Part shown: piece after piece, positions 44,154 through 53,325 of the stretch
How the letters are laid out: each line of letters starts with the position of its first letter
Numbering within the stretch: position 1 is the first letter of the stretch
DNA from: a bacterium
GTDB taxonomy: Bacteria; Bacillota; Clostridia; Oscillospirales; Oscillospiraceae
Assembly: GCA_963590435.1 (NCBI GenBank)
Contig: CAVAPG010000001.1
Span: 1 to 55,666 of the forward strand
DNA: 55,666 nucleotides
Reading direction: 5' to 3'
Made by a program: the position numbers and the translations under genes
The notes under the pieces: model-generated
Told to the model about the DNA's origin: nothing
Seen by the model: only the letters and a program-made list of their open reading frames with translations
Databases searched by the model: none

Positions 44154-45545
44154 ATGAACAATTCATATGATGTTGCAATCATCGGATGCGGCACAGCCGG
44201 AATTTTCGCAGGATACGAGCTTATCGCGCGCCATCCAGAGCTTAAGATCTGCGTACTCGATCAGGGCGGAGACATATATTCCAGACACTGCCCCATCGTT
44301 GCCGGCAAGGTTAAGGAATGCATCCACTGCAGCATATGCGATACAATGTGTGGCTTCGGCGGCGCAGGTGCTTTTTCAGACGGCAAATATAACTTCACGA
44401 CTCAGTTCGGCGGCTGGCTGACAGACTTCATGGACGATGACGAGGTCATGGAGCTTATAAACTATGTTGACACCGTCAACATGAAATACGGTGCAACAGA
44501 CAAGACCTTCTCCACCGACACTCCCGAGGCAAGAGCGCTCGAGCGCGAGGCACTGAAATACGACCTGCATCTTCTTCAGGCCAAGGTAAAGCATCTCGGA
44601 ACAGAAAACAATCTGCGCATTCTTCAGAACATGTACGAGGATCTGTGCAAGGTTATAGAGTATCGCTTCCGCACGGAGGTCTGCAGCATTGACCGTGACG
44701 GCGACGGATACACACTCGGTCTGAAAAAGGGCGATGACGTAAAATGCCGCTATCTCATAGTCGCACCGGGCAGAAGCGGAGCGGAATGGTTTTCCGAGCA
44801 GTGCCGCAAGCTCGGCGTAAAGCTCATAAACAATCAGGTTGACATCGGCGTCCGCGTTGAGCTTCCCGCGACGGTGTTCGAGCACATCACCAATGTCGTC
44901 TATGAATCCAAGCTTATATACCGCACAAAGCAGTACGGCGACAAGGTGCGCACCTTCTGCATGAACCCTTACGGCCATGTTGTTGCGGAGAATGTTGAGG
45001 GCATAAACACCGTAAACGGTCATTCATATTCCGATCCCGCTCTTCAGAGCAGCAACACGAACTTCGCTCTTCTGGTTTCCAACCGCTTCACAGAGCCGTT
45101 TGACCAGCCGTATCGCTACGGCAAGCACATCGCATCGCTCAGCAACATGCTCTCCGGCGGCGTTCTCGTTCAGCGCTTCGGCGATCTTGTCAAGGGTGTG
45201 CGCACAAATGAGCATCGCCTCGCGCAGTCCTACACCCGTCCCACGCTTACTGCCGCTGTTCCCGGCGATCTGAGCCTTGCTCTGCCGAAGAGACAGCTTG
45301 ACGACATAATCGAAATGATATACGCGCTTGATAAGATAGCTCCGGGCACTGCCAATTATGACACACTGCTCTACGGTGCGGAGGTTAAGTTCTATTCTTC
45401 GCGGCTTGAGCTTTCCGGCGAGCTTGAAACGAAGTTTTCAAACTTCTTTGCCATCGGCGACGGTGCCGGCATAACACGCGGTCTGGCACAGGCGGCCGCC
45501 TCCGGCGTTAAGGTCGCGCAGGTCATATCCGAGCGTCTGGGGTAA
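44154..45545 (+). CDS. FAD/NAD(P)-binding oxidoreductase (uncharacterised FAD-dependent dehydrogenase family)
   Basis: YDVAIIGCGTAGIFAG dinucleotide-binding motif and a C-terminal GDGAG motif. Start at ATG 44154. Confidence 0.75.
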   Translation: MNNSYDVAIIGCGTAGIFAGYELIARHPELKICVLDQGGDIYSRHCPIVAGKVKECIHCSICDTMCGFGGAGAFSDGKYNFTTQFGGWLTDFMDDDEVMELINYVDTVNMKYGATDKTFSTDTPEARALEREALKYDLHLLQAKVKHLGTENNLRILQNMYEDLCKVIEYRFRTEVCSIDRDGDGYTLGLKKGDDVKCRYLIVAPGRSGAEWFSEQCRKLGVKLINNQVDIGVRVELPATVFEHITNVVYESKLIYRTKQYGDKVRTFCMNPYGHVVAENVEGINTVNGHSYSDPALQSSNTNFALLVSNRFTEPFDQPYRYGKHIASLSNMLSGGVLVQRFGDLVKGVRTNEHRLAQSYTRPTLTAAVPGDLSLALPKRQLDDIIEMIYALDKIAPGTANYDTLLYGAEVKFYSSRLELSGELETKFSNFFAIGDGAGITRGLAQAAASGVKVAQVISERLG

Positions 45546-45576
45546 GCGCAATCATTAAAATGCGAGGGAGCGCAAC

Positions 45577-45924
45577 ATGAAGATAATCAAAAAATGGATC
45601 GGCCGCCAACCGGAGAGCGCCGGTGAGATAAGACTTTTAGAGGTCACACAGGCTGAAATGTTTGAGCAGATGTATCCGCTGCTCGGTCAGCTTGCCCTGC
45701 ACGCGACGAGCGGCCATGATGTCGATTTCCGTCTGTATTTTATCTGCGAGGACGGCCGCCGCATACTGCCGGTGGATAAGCCGAGCGTCATGAGCGGAGC
45801 GTTCAACAACGGTGTTAATCCGCTTGCAGACTGCGATATAATCACGGCCGAGAATATCTCGGAGCTTGTTGACACAGGCTCTCTGCTCCCCGCCGTCAAG
45901 GCAAGCGAGTATCTGTTTAAATAG
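45577..45924 (+). CDS. Hypothetical protein (115 aa), no recognisable motif
   Basis: ORF with a GAGGGAG RBS 6-7 nt upstream, followed directly by terminator copy A. Confidence 0.5.
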   Translation: MKIIKKWIGRQPESAGEIRLLEVTQAEMFEQMYPLLGQLALHATSGHDVDFRLYFICEDGRRILPVDKPSVMSGAFNNGVNPLADCDIITAENISELVDTGSLLPAVKASEYLFK

Positions 45925-46074
45925 AAAAGCTCAGGTCAAGCGACCTGAGTTTTTTATTATTTATCATCCTATGCCGCCGAGGGCTGCACCTGCGACGAGG
46001 GCAATCAATACGCAGGCGCAGTAGACATATTTGCCGAGGGGATAGAACCATTTACCGATGGGCTTGCGTACCGA
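45924..46074. repeat. Direct repeat copy A (~151 bp): terminator hairpin plus the duplicated 3' end of the NSS transporter gene
   Basis: About 95% identical by eye to 46591-46745. Contains the ctcaggtc-N4-gacctgag hairpin with flanking A and T runs (45925-45955). Confidence 0.9.
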
Positions 46075-46075
46075 C
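45964..46075 (-). pseudogene. Orphan 3' fragment of an NSS/SNF transporter gene
   Basis: Encodes RKPIGKWFYPLGKYVYCACVLIALVAGAALGGIG*, which is 33/34 identical to the C-terminus of the intact gene at 46633-47973. Similarity stops abruptly at ~46075. Confidence 0.8.
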
Positions 46076-46365
46076 GAGCAATAGATTCCTGTTTCGTCAA
46101 AATTTACATATTCATTGCAAGGAATATGTTCAAAACGCAGAATGCATAAATATTTCCAATTTGGCATTGAGTTTCTATACCCGGTTATGGTAATATGTGT
46201 ACAATAGCTCTTTCAATTGCAACTGTAAGCGAAAACTATATAGAAAAAATCAGCAACGGAAAAAGTATGAAAAAATCACTTTCAAATGGACTTATATGGG
46301 TGCCCAGAATGGCACAGAAGCTTATACAAAACCGCTGACGGTTACAGGCAGGTGGTAATCAGCTT

Positions 46366-46578
46366 ATGAAAAAGTTTCTTTTAGGACTGGCCTTATTTCT
46401 CGGAGGTCAGATAGGGCTTGCCGGATGGCTTATCGCAAGCGCGCTCCTCGGCGGCGGGGGTGTCCGTATCACGCTGCTCTACATTCTGATGTCTTTGGTC
46501 GGCCTTGTGCTCTCTGTTTATGAAGCATTCGCGCAGCGCCCTAAAGACGGGCAGGATGATAAACGCGAAAATCAATAA
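46366..46578 (+). CDS. Small two-TM membrane protein (70 aa), hypothetical
   Basis: MKKFLLGLALFLGGQIGLAGWLIASALLGGGGVRITLLYILMSLVGLVLSVYEAF followed by a charged tail. AGGTGG lies 10 nt upstream. It sits inside the cassette bounded by the direct repeats. Confidence 0.5.
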   Translation: MKKFLLGLALFLGGQIGLAGWLIASALLGGGGVRITLLYILMSLVGLVLSVYEAFAQRPKDGQDDKRENQ

Positions 46579-46590
46579 CAGCCCAGATAT

Positions 46591-46745
46591 GAAAAAGCTC
46601 AGGTCAATCGACCTGAGTTTTTTTATTCTTTATCATCCTATGCCGCCGAGGGCTGCACCTGCGACGAGGGCAATCAGTGCACAGGCGCAGTAGACATATT
46701 TGCCGAGGGGATAGAACCATTTGCCGATGGGCTTGCGTGCGCCGA
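46591..46745. repeat. Direct repeat copy B (~155 bp): the authentic 3' end and terminator of the NSS transporter gene
   Basis: See copy A. The hairpin ctcaggtc-aatc-gacctgag (46598-46617) is flanked by an A-run and a T-run, so it is a bidirectional terminator. Confidence 0.9.
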
Positions 46746-47973
46746 GGTTGACGGATTCGAGTGCGAATTTTTCTCCGCCTATCCAGAAGAACATAATTGC
46801 CGCAATCAGCGCACCGAGCGGGCATATGTAAATGGACACAACATCCATCCACTCGGACACAATCGCCTGAATGCACAGGGCAACGCCGCAGCCAATAACA
46901 TGTATCACAGCCGTCGCGGGCACGCGCTTTAATTTGAATTTCTCCTGCAGAAACGCAACGGGGGCTTCGTAAAGATTTATTATCGAGGTAAGGCCGGCAA
47001 ACGTGACGCAGATGAAGAACACGATGCCGACTATGCGTCCGCCTGCCATGCCGTTTATGACGTTGACAAGGTATATGAACATAAGGCCCGGGCCGCCGGA
47101 GTCAAGCTGCGCTCCGCCCGTTGCCATGGCCGGAATGATGACAAACGCCGCAAGCAGTGCTGCGAGCGTATCGAACACGGCAACATTGCGCGCCGATGAC
47201 GGGATGCATTCGTCCTTGCTCAGATACGAGCCGTATATGACGCTTCCGTTGCCTGCAACCGACAGCGAGAAGAACGCCTGACCGAAGGCATATATCCACA
47301 GCTTCGGATCTGCAAGTCCCTTGGGATTTATCGTGAGGATATATTTATATCCGTCGGATGCTCCGGCGAGAGTTGATATATAAGTACCCAATCCGAGAAA
47401 CAGTACGAACAGCACGGGCATCATGACCTTGTTGGCCTTTTCAATGCCGCCGGATATGCCGAAGGACATAATGGCAAAGCTCACGGCAATGGCGACTATT
47501 ATCCAGATATTTGCGCCCCATGCGCTCGCTGTCGCGCCGAATGTTCCGCCTATGACATCCATATCCTGGCCCATGCCGAACAGGCTTCCGGTGAATGACA
47601 TGAATGTGTATTTGAATATCCAGCCCATTACGCAGGTGTAGCCTATGGCCAGTGCAAGCGAACCGAGGATGGGGATATATCCTATTGTCTCGCCGATCTT
47701 GCGCTTGCCGTATCTGAGCTCGGTGCATTTGCCGAACGAGCCCATAGGTCCGGCTCCGCCTGCCCTGCCGAGGGCAAACTCCTCAATAACGCCCGTGGAC
47801 GCTATAAGTGCAACAAAGATGAAATACGGAAGCAGGAATGTCAGGCCGCCCCATGTTGAAACCAGCATCGGGAATCGCCATATGTTCCCCATTCCGACCG
47901 CCGAGCCTATGCATGCGATGATAAATCCGCTTCGACTGCGAAATCCGTCGCGCTTGTGTTCGTTTTTCTCCAT
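46633..47973 (-). CDS. Sodium-dependent transporter, NSS/SNF family
   Basis: GSAVGMGNIWRFP signature and ~11-12 TM helices. Preferred start is ATG 47973 (MEKNEH, AGAGGAAA RBS). In-frame upstream ATGs lie inside a tandem repeat. Confidence 0.85.
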   Translation of the reverse strand: MEKNEHKRDGFRSRSGFIIACIGSAVGMGNIWRFPMLVSTWGGLTFLLPYFIFVALIASTGVIEEFALGRAGGAGPMGSFGKCTELRYGKRKIGETIGYIPILGSLALAIGYTCVMGWIFKYTFMSFTGSLFGMGQDMDVIGGTFGATASAWGANIWIIVAIAVSFAIMSFGISGGIEKANKVMMPVLFVLFLGLGTYISTLAGASDGYKYILTINPKGLADPKLWIYAFGQAFFSLSVAGNGSVIYGSYLSKDECIPSSARNVAVFDTLAALLAAFVIIPAMATGGAQLDSGGPGLMFIYLVNVINGMAGGRIVGIVFFICVTFAGLTSIINLYEAPVAFLQEKFKLKRVPATAVIHVIGCGVALCIQAIVSEWMDVVSIYICPLGALIAAIMFFWIGGEKFALESVNLGARKPIGKWFYPLGKYVYCACALIALVAGAALGGIG

Positions 47974-47987
47974 TGCAGTTTCCTCTT

Positions 47988-48034
47988 GCTCTCTCATTTT
48001 AATTTGCTCTCTCATTTTAATTTGCTTTCTCAAC
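47988..48034. repeat. 18-bp tandem repeat, ~2.6 copies (gctctctcattttaattt)
   Basis: 47988-48005 is identical to 48006-48023, followed by a partial third copy. On the coding strand each unit carries AAAATGAGAGAG, an in-frame ATG plus a purine-rich stretch. Confidence 0.85.
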
Positions 48035-48060
48035 TATACATTGCCTGAACAGTAAAGTCA

Positions 48061-48092
48061 AGAAAAGCCCGTCATGCTTTCACATGACGGGC
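48061..48092 (-). terminator. Rho-independent terminator after the class-III aminotransferase gene
   Basis: gcccgtcatg-N6-catgacgggc, followed on the minus strand by ttttct. Confidence 0.8.
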
Positions 48093-48111
48093 AAATTGCG
48101 CTTATTTATTA

Positions 48112-49620
48112 TTACTTAAGAAGTCCCTTTACGAGGCCCTTGTCGGTTTTCTGAACATGTTTGAAGACCTCTTCGAAACGGTTGAGTGCTTCGTCGATAA
48201 TCTCCGGCGTGTCGGCCAGGGAGGTGTACAGGCGGCTGCCTGCAAGCGTTACGATGCCGTTTGCCATATATGCCGCGCCCATGCGCTCCATGGAGTCCTT
48301 GCGGACATACATCATATCCTTGTTTCTGAGCAGTCCGACCGCGGACTTTACAAAGGACATGGACGAGAAGTCAAAGCTCATTGCGCCGGTGCATTCAAGA
48401 TGGACAATCGAGCCCTGGTTGTACGCGACGAAGGGCAGTCCGTAACGGTCGATGAGCTCCTTGAGTCCGTCGCAGAGTCTGTCACCCATTTTGCCGGCGA
48501 CTTCGCAGGCGTTGGTGCGCTCGATCTCCTGAATTGCGGTGTAGCCGGCCAGGCAGGACAGGGGGTTAGCTGCCAGGGTTCCGCCGACATACGCTCTGTG
48601 CTTGCCGGTTGCAAGTCCTGCCGCCATAAGCTGCGCATACTCTCTCTTACCGCCGACGCCGCCTGCGGAGGGATATCCGCCTGCAACAATTTTGCCGAAC
48701 ACGGTCAGATCGGGGACAACATCGAAGTAGCCCTGTGCGCCGGAAAGTGCCACGCGGAAGCCGGTTACGACCTCATCGAATATCATCAGTGCGCCATACT
48801 GATCGCACAGTGCGCGAACACCCTTATTGTATTCGTGTGCGATGGGACGGGTGCCGCTTTCGGGACCGACCGGTTCGACGATAACTGCCGCCGTTCCGCC
48901 GAGGAGCTTATTGCGCTTGAGCATGCGCTCGAGCATGTCGAGATCGTTCGGACGAACCTCATCGGTGGTGCTGTATGCGCCCTTGGGTATACCGTGGGAC
49001 TCGAGCAGTGCGCGGCTGCCGGGAATCTTCAGGCCATAGACCATCTGGTCTGACCAGCCGTGGTATGCGCCGCCGATTTTTATTACGCGGCGGTTGCCGG
49101 TTGCTATACGGGCAATGCGCAGGGATGCCATGACCGCCTCGGTGCCGGAGCCGAGCATACGGAACATCTCGACATTGGGCATATGCTTATTAATCTCGCG
49201 TGCTATGAGCATCTCGGACTCATGCAGAAGACCGGTTACGGGGCCGCACTCGTTGAGCAGCTTTATTACTCTCTCACGGATGACGGGGTAGTTGCTGCCG
49301 AGGATGGTCGGGCCGCCCGCCTGCAGAAAGTCAATGTATTTATTGCCGTCTTTGTCGTAAAGATATGCGCCCTCGGCCTTTGCCATGCACATGGGGAAGG
49401 GCTTGTTGAAGGCGAGGTTGTGCTGAACACCGCCGGGTATGTATTTCTGCGACTCCTCGAACACTGCCTTGGACTGGGTGCACTTCTCGTCGTAGTATTT
49501 CATAATGACGTCTTTATAATACTCGTCGGTGACCTCCCAAATGGGCTGGCTTGTCAGATTTTTGAGTCTTGCGTTGATTTCGTTGGGGTCGTCCCATCTG
49601 CTTATTGCACAGTTATTCAT
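48112..49620 (-). CDS. Class-III PLP-dependent aminotransferase/aminomutase (glutamate-1-semialdehyde aminomutase-like) with a ~60-aa N-terminal extension
   Basis: GGVQHN, GSGTEAVMASLRIAR, FDEVVTGFR and FGKIVAGGYP (PLP lysine). Confidence 0.8.
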   Translation of the reverse strand: MNNCAISRWDDPNEINARLKNLTSQPIWEVTDEYYKDVIMKYYDEKCTQSKAVFEESQKYIPGGVQHNLAFNKPFPMCMAKAEGAYLYDKDGNKYIDFLQAGGPTILGSNYPVIRERVIKLLNECGPVTGLLHESEMLIAREINKHMPNVEMFRMLGSGTEAVMASLRIARIATGNRRVIKIGGAYHGWSDQMVYGLKIPGSRALLESHGIPKGAYSTTDEVRPNDLDMLERMLKRNKLLGGTAAVIVEPVGPESGTRPIAHEYNKGVRALCDQYGALMIFDEVVTGFRVALSGAQGYFDVVPDLTVFGKIVAGGYPSAGGVGGKREYAQLMAAGLATGKHRAYVGGTLAANPLSCLAGYTAIQEIERTNACEVAGKMGDRLCDGLKELIDRYGLPFVAYNQGSIVHLECTGAMSFDFSSMSFVKSAVGLLRNKDMMYVRKDSMERMGAAYMANGIVTLAGSRLYTSLADTPEIIDEALNRFEEVFKHVQKTDKGLVKGLLK

Positions 49621-50068
49621 GCGTATTTTGCTCCTTTTCTTGTTTTTTCTTAGCTATATTATTTGTGTCCTTGCTGTTGCGGTAGACAACGAAGTTATCC
49701 CATAAATATTCAAGGGAAAGATTCAGTGCCATGTTAATGGCGAGAACTGCGTATTCATTCCAGCCGTGGATATCCGCGAGGAAATGCTCGTTCCAGATCG
49801 TAAACGGTGCAAACGGTACATAGAACAGGAACACCAGCAGCATTGCCTTAGGAACATTCTCGGCGCTCTGGAATGTGAACTTTCTGTTGAATGTGAAGTT
49901 CCAGAGAACGCTCAGGACAAGTGCTATCGTGTAGCACACCCAGTGCCCGGGGATTTTGATTATCTCTTCGCACAGTACCATCGCAACGGTTTCGATTATA
50001 CCTGCCGAAGCTGAAAAAAGAATGAATTTAATAACCCTTGCGGTTTCTTTTTTCTTTTCCGATTTCAT
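49613..50068 (-). CDS. GtrA-family membrane protein
   Basis: 151 aa with 4 TM helices and the NFTFNRKFTF motif typical of GtrA-like proteins. Confidence 0.75.
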   Translation of the reverse strand: MKSEKKKETARVIKFILFSASAGIIETVAMVLCEEIIKIPGHWVCYTIALVLSVLWNFTFNRKFTFQSAENVPKAMLLVFLFYVPFAPFTIWNEHFLADIHGWNEYAVLAINMALNLSLEYLWDNFVVYRNSKDTNNIAKKKQEKEQNTHE

Positions 50069-50071
50069 ATG

Positions 50072-51070
50072 TCATCCCTTCCTCTTAGAATATTTTTTCT
50101 TATAAACAAAGCGCATAAGCGCAGTGTCGGCGGTTTTAAGACGCACTTTTGCTCCCGCTCCGGCGGTGTGCAGTGCGCACAGCGCGGATTTTTCGGTCAG
50201 AATTTTCAGTGCCTCGCGGTCATCGGGATCGTCTGCCTTGACCACGGCTCCGACACCGCGCACAAACACGGCATCGCGCTGCTCGAGGGCTCTGATGGCT
50301 TTCTTCGGTTTTGCCTTAACGCATGCGACATGCGAGCCGAGCATCTGAGCCATATCGTCAAGCTGAGCATGAAGCGTTTTCTTTCTGTCTGCCCACATGA
50401 CGGCATATTCTCCGTCGGAAAGCTCCGCTGTGGGTATCTCGGCTCTGACGGCGGAGATAAACTCATCCTTTTTCTTATCCGACAGCTTTTTGACCGAAGC
50501 CTTGGCAATGCGCAGATTGCGGCGGCAGATATCCTCGAGGAGTCTTGCCCTCTCCATCGCCTGCTGCTTATCCTTTCCGCAGATTACAACACCATGGTTT
50601 ACCATGAACACGGTGTGGGCGCCGGTCTGCATCGCGGTGCCAACGGCATTTTTGAGCTTTTTCATACCCGGGAGACCGTATTCGGCTTTGGCAATGCCGC
50701 CGAGGGCTTCGCGCTCGGCTTCGCTTATATCCATGCTCTCAAAGCCTGCAAGTCCCAGTGCGGAGGCACAGTTCTGATGCGTATGGATTACAAAATTTAC
50801 ATCGTCAAACAGTTCATATGCCGCGGCATGGACGCCTTTTTCACTTGACGGCTTATGTCTGCCATCCCATTTCATCGTTTGCAGGTCAACGTGCACTATA
50901 TCCTCGGGCGTTGTTTTCAGATAGTCAAGTCCGCTCGGGGTTATGAGGAAGCTTTTCTTGTCCGCGCGACAGCTGACATTGCCCCATGTTCTTGCCACGA
51001 GTCCGTTCTTGAGCAGCTCACGCCCTGTTTGGCAGATAAGCTCTCTTGCAGTTTTCTCGTCCATACTCAT
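50072..51070 (-). CDS. Class II aldolase/adducin-domain protein with a ~130-aa C-terminal extension
   Basis: GLVARTWGNVSCR...FLITPSG...VIHTHQ...VNHGVVICG make up a complete aldolase_II core (~195 aa). The extra C-terminal region looks like a degenerate half-repeat. Confidence 0.75.
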   Translation of the reverse strand: MSMDEKTARELICQTGRELLKNGLVARTWGNVSCRADKKSFLITPSGLDYLKTTPEDIVHVDLQTMKWDGRHKPSSEKGVHAAAYELFDDVNFVIHTHQNCASALGLAGFESMDISEAEREALGGIAKAEYGLPGMKKLKNAVGTAMQTGAHTVFMVNHGVVICGKDKQQAMERARLLEDICRRNLRIAKASVKKLSDKKKDEFISAVRAEIPTAELSDGEYAVMWADRKKTLHAQLDDMAQMLGSHVACVKAKPKKAIRALEQRDAVFVRGVGAVVKADDPDDREALKILTEKSALCALHTAGAGAKVRLKTADTALMRFVYKKKYSKRKG

Positions 51071-52662
51071 CCCTCCTGATTGAGCGCGGCAAAGTTCTTT
51101 TTGTTTGCCGCATAAAGTTTTTTGAATACCTCATAATTTCTGTCGTAAAGCGGTTTATTGTCCGCATTCGGCTCGTACCTTCCAGATGGCTTCACAAGTG
51201 CACCTGCCTTTGAAAGGCTGTCTATCTGTCCGCTTCCGACGGCGACGAGCATCGCCGCGCCGACGGCACCGACGTCTTTTGTTGAAGAGACCGTTTCGAC
51301 CGGTCTGCCCGTTACATCGGCGAGAATCTGGCATGTGACCCTTGAGAGTGCGCCACCGCCGACAAAGCGAAGCGTATCGGATGTTTTGACTTTTTTATCC
51401 TCGCATTCGAGCATCCAGCGCAGGTGATAGCATATGCCCTCAAGAACGGCACGGAGCATCTCGGTTTTGCCGGTGTCAAGCTTAATATTGAAAAACATTC
51501 CGGCGGCATTCGAGTCCTCAAACGGGCAGCGGTTTCCGTGCAGCCACGGCGTGAACATGACGCCGCCTGCTCCGGGCGGTATTGCAGCAATCGTATCGGT
51601 CATGTAATCATAAAGGCTCTCATACATGCTCTCGGTACTCTCGGCAACGTGTATCTTTTTAAGATAGACTCCTATCTCATCAAGGACAAGGTGCTCCTTG
51701 ACCCACTCGAAGCATTTGCCCGCCGTTTCCATCTCGGCAAAATAATTATACCTGCCCTCCTGCGCGCTGACAATACCGCAGATCATGGAGATGAGATCTA
51801 CCTTCTGCCTGTCTATAACCGTGCCTACCCAGCCGGAGGTTCCGGAATATATATGCGTCTGACCGACTTGGGTGCAGCCTGCGCCGAGGCCTATGAGCGT
51901 TGCGTCGCCTCCGCCGCCGTATACGGGGGTTTGGGGTGCAAGGCCGAGCTCGGATGCCGCCTTTTCACTGAGCAGTCCGGCCACATCGGTGCATTCGATA
52001 AGTTCGGGCAGATGATCGGGATTCACGCCGTACATGCTGCACAGTGCCTTGCTCCAGCAGGCCTTGCCGGGCCGGCTGTCGTACAGAAATGTTGAGTACG
52101 CCGAGTCTCGCGTCATGACGAAATTTCCCGTGCAGCGGCAGATGAGGTATTCCTTGACATCGAGCCATTTATAGACCTTCTCAAAAATCTCCGGCTCATT
52201 TTTCTTAACCCACTTATACTTCCACAGCGGATCTTTTACGCTCGTCGATGCCGCCCTTGTTCGGATAAGACTTTTGAGCAGCATGATGACATTCACTCCC
52301 GACACCGTAATGCCGTGCGTCTGACACTCGGCAAACTCCTTTGCCGCGCGCTGATCCATATAGCTCATGGGTCTGCGCAGTGCATTGCCGTTTTCATCGA
52401 CAAGCACAAGTCCCTGCATCTGCGAGCAGAAGGATATTCCTCCTATCTTCTTCGGATCAACTCCGGTTTTTTCGATGAGACTGCGAGTGCTCCTCTTCAT
52501 CGCCTCCCACCATTCGTCCGCATCCTGCTCGGCCCCTCCGTTAGGCAGGATATAAAGTCCGTAGCCTTCGTATTCACCCGCAAGCAGTCTGATAGTTTCG
52601 CCGACTTCGAAAAGGCAGGTTTTCACGCCCGTTGTTCCGATGTCATAAGCGATAACAAACAT
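51067..52662 (-). CDS. FGGY-family carbohydrate kinase
   Basis: IAYDIGTTGVKTCLF N-terminus and GGGALS... C-terminal FGGY motifs; 531 aa. Confidence 0.85.
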   Translation of the reverse strand: MFVIAYDIGTTGVKTCLFEVGETIRLLAGEYEGYGLYILPNGGAEQDADEWWEAMKRSTRSLIEKTGVDPKKIGGISFCSQMQGLVLVDENGNALRRPMSYMDQRAAKEFAECQTHGITVSGVNVIMLLKSLIRTRAASTSVKDPLWKYKWVKKNEPEIFEKVYKWLDVKEYLICRCTGNFVMTRDSAYSTFLYDSRPGKACWSKALCSMYGVNPDHLPELIECTDVAGLLSEKAASELGLAPQTPVYGGGGDATLIGLGAGCTQVGQTHIYSGTSGWVGTVIDRQKVDLISMICGIVSAQEGRYNYFAEMETAGKCFEWVKEHLVLDEIGVYLKKIHVAESTESMYESLYDYMTDTIAAIPPGAGGVMFTPWLHGNRCPFEDSNAAGMFFNIKLDTGKTEMLRAVLEGICYHLRWMLECEDKKVKTSDTLRFVGGGALSRVTCQILADVTGRPVETVSSTKDVGAVGAAMLVAVGSGQIDSLSKAGALVKPSGRYEPNADNKPLYDRNYEVFKKLYAANKKNFAALNQEG

Positions 52663-52692
52663 TTTTCTTCCTTCTCTCTATATTAAATTTTA

Positions 52693-53325
52693 CTAATTTC
52701 CTATTTTCAGCGCATTTTTCACAAAATGCATAAAGCTCTCCGTCATCTTTTCGGTATCGCCCGAAATATCTTCTCCGCAGAAAATTTTCATTCTCTCCCT
52801 GTAGTAATCACAGCTGTATGAAAACTGGAGCATCATGAAAAGATTATCGAGGAAAAATGCAAAACACTTCGGATCAAGCTCGGGATCGACAACTCCCGCC
52901 TGTCTGGCGTTCTCCAAAAGCTGTGAATATACCCTCGCTGTACGGCCCTCTATCTCGCGCGCCAGTGCCGATGCGTATTTTTTGCAGCCGCCGGAGGATA
53001 TCTCGTTGTACATTGCATTATGGTTTTTATGCTCCGCGGCATGGACGATAAGCGAGTGCACGATGCATCTCATGCCGGTTTCGACATCGTTTTGATGAGA
53101 AACCGCCTCACTGAGCACCTCATCGAGGCTGTCGAGCGAATGACGAACGCAGGCGAGAAAAAAGCTGTCCTTATCGCCGAAATATTTATATATAACGCCG
53201 ACTGACACGCCGGCCTTTTTTGCGATTGTATTTATATTGGCCTTGTCAAGACCGCACTCGGCAAATTCATCGATGCCCGTCTCGAGGATGAGCATTTTTG
53301 CATTGTCGTCAAGTTTTTTATACAT
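52693..53325 (-). CDS. TetR/AcrR-family transcriptional regulator
   Basis: HTH NINTIAKKAGVSVGVIYKYFGDKDSFF. An inverted repeat GTGAGC-GGCG-GCTCAC (53351-53366) lies in its upstream region. Confidence 0.85.
   Translation of the reverse strand: MYKKLDDNAKMLILETGIDEFAECGLDKANINTIAKKAGVSVGVIYKYFGDKDSFFLACVRHSLDSLDEVLSEAVSHQNDVETGMRCIVHSLIVHAAEHKNHNAMYNEISSGGCKKYASALAREIEGRTARVYSQLLENARQAGVVDPELDPKCFAFFLDNLFMMLQFSYSCDYYRERMKIFCGEDISGDTEKMTESFMHFVKNALKIGN

Noticed and set aside
46267-46338. Annotating the 23-aa ORF (MKKSLSNGLIWVPRMAQKLIQNR) as a gene.
   Set aside because: The RBS is weak and there is no recognisable family. It is kept only as part of the cassette finding, not as a feature.
43931-48034. 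A CRISPR array, suggested by the tandem and direct repeats at 43931-43968, 44035-44064 and 47988-48034.
   Set aside because: There are only 2-3 copies, either with no unique spacers of CRISPR length (tandem units abut) or with a 12-nt spacer. No cas genes are present in the window.
48157-50848. Plus-strand ORFs of 197-298 aa (48157-49053, 49060-49653, 50069-50848).
   Set aside because: They are antisense shadows of the aminotransferase and aldolase genes.
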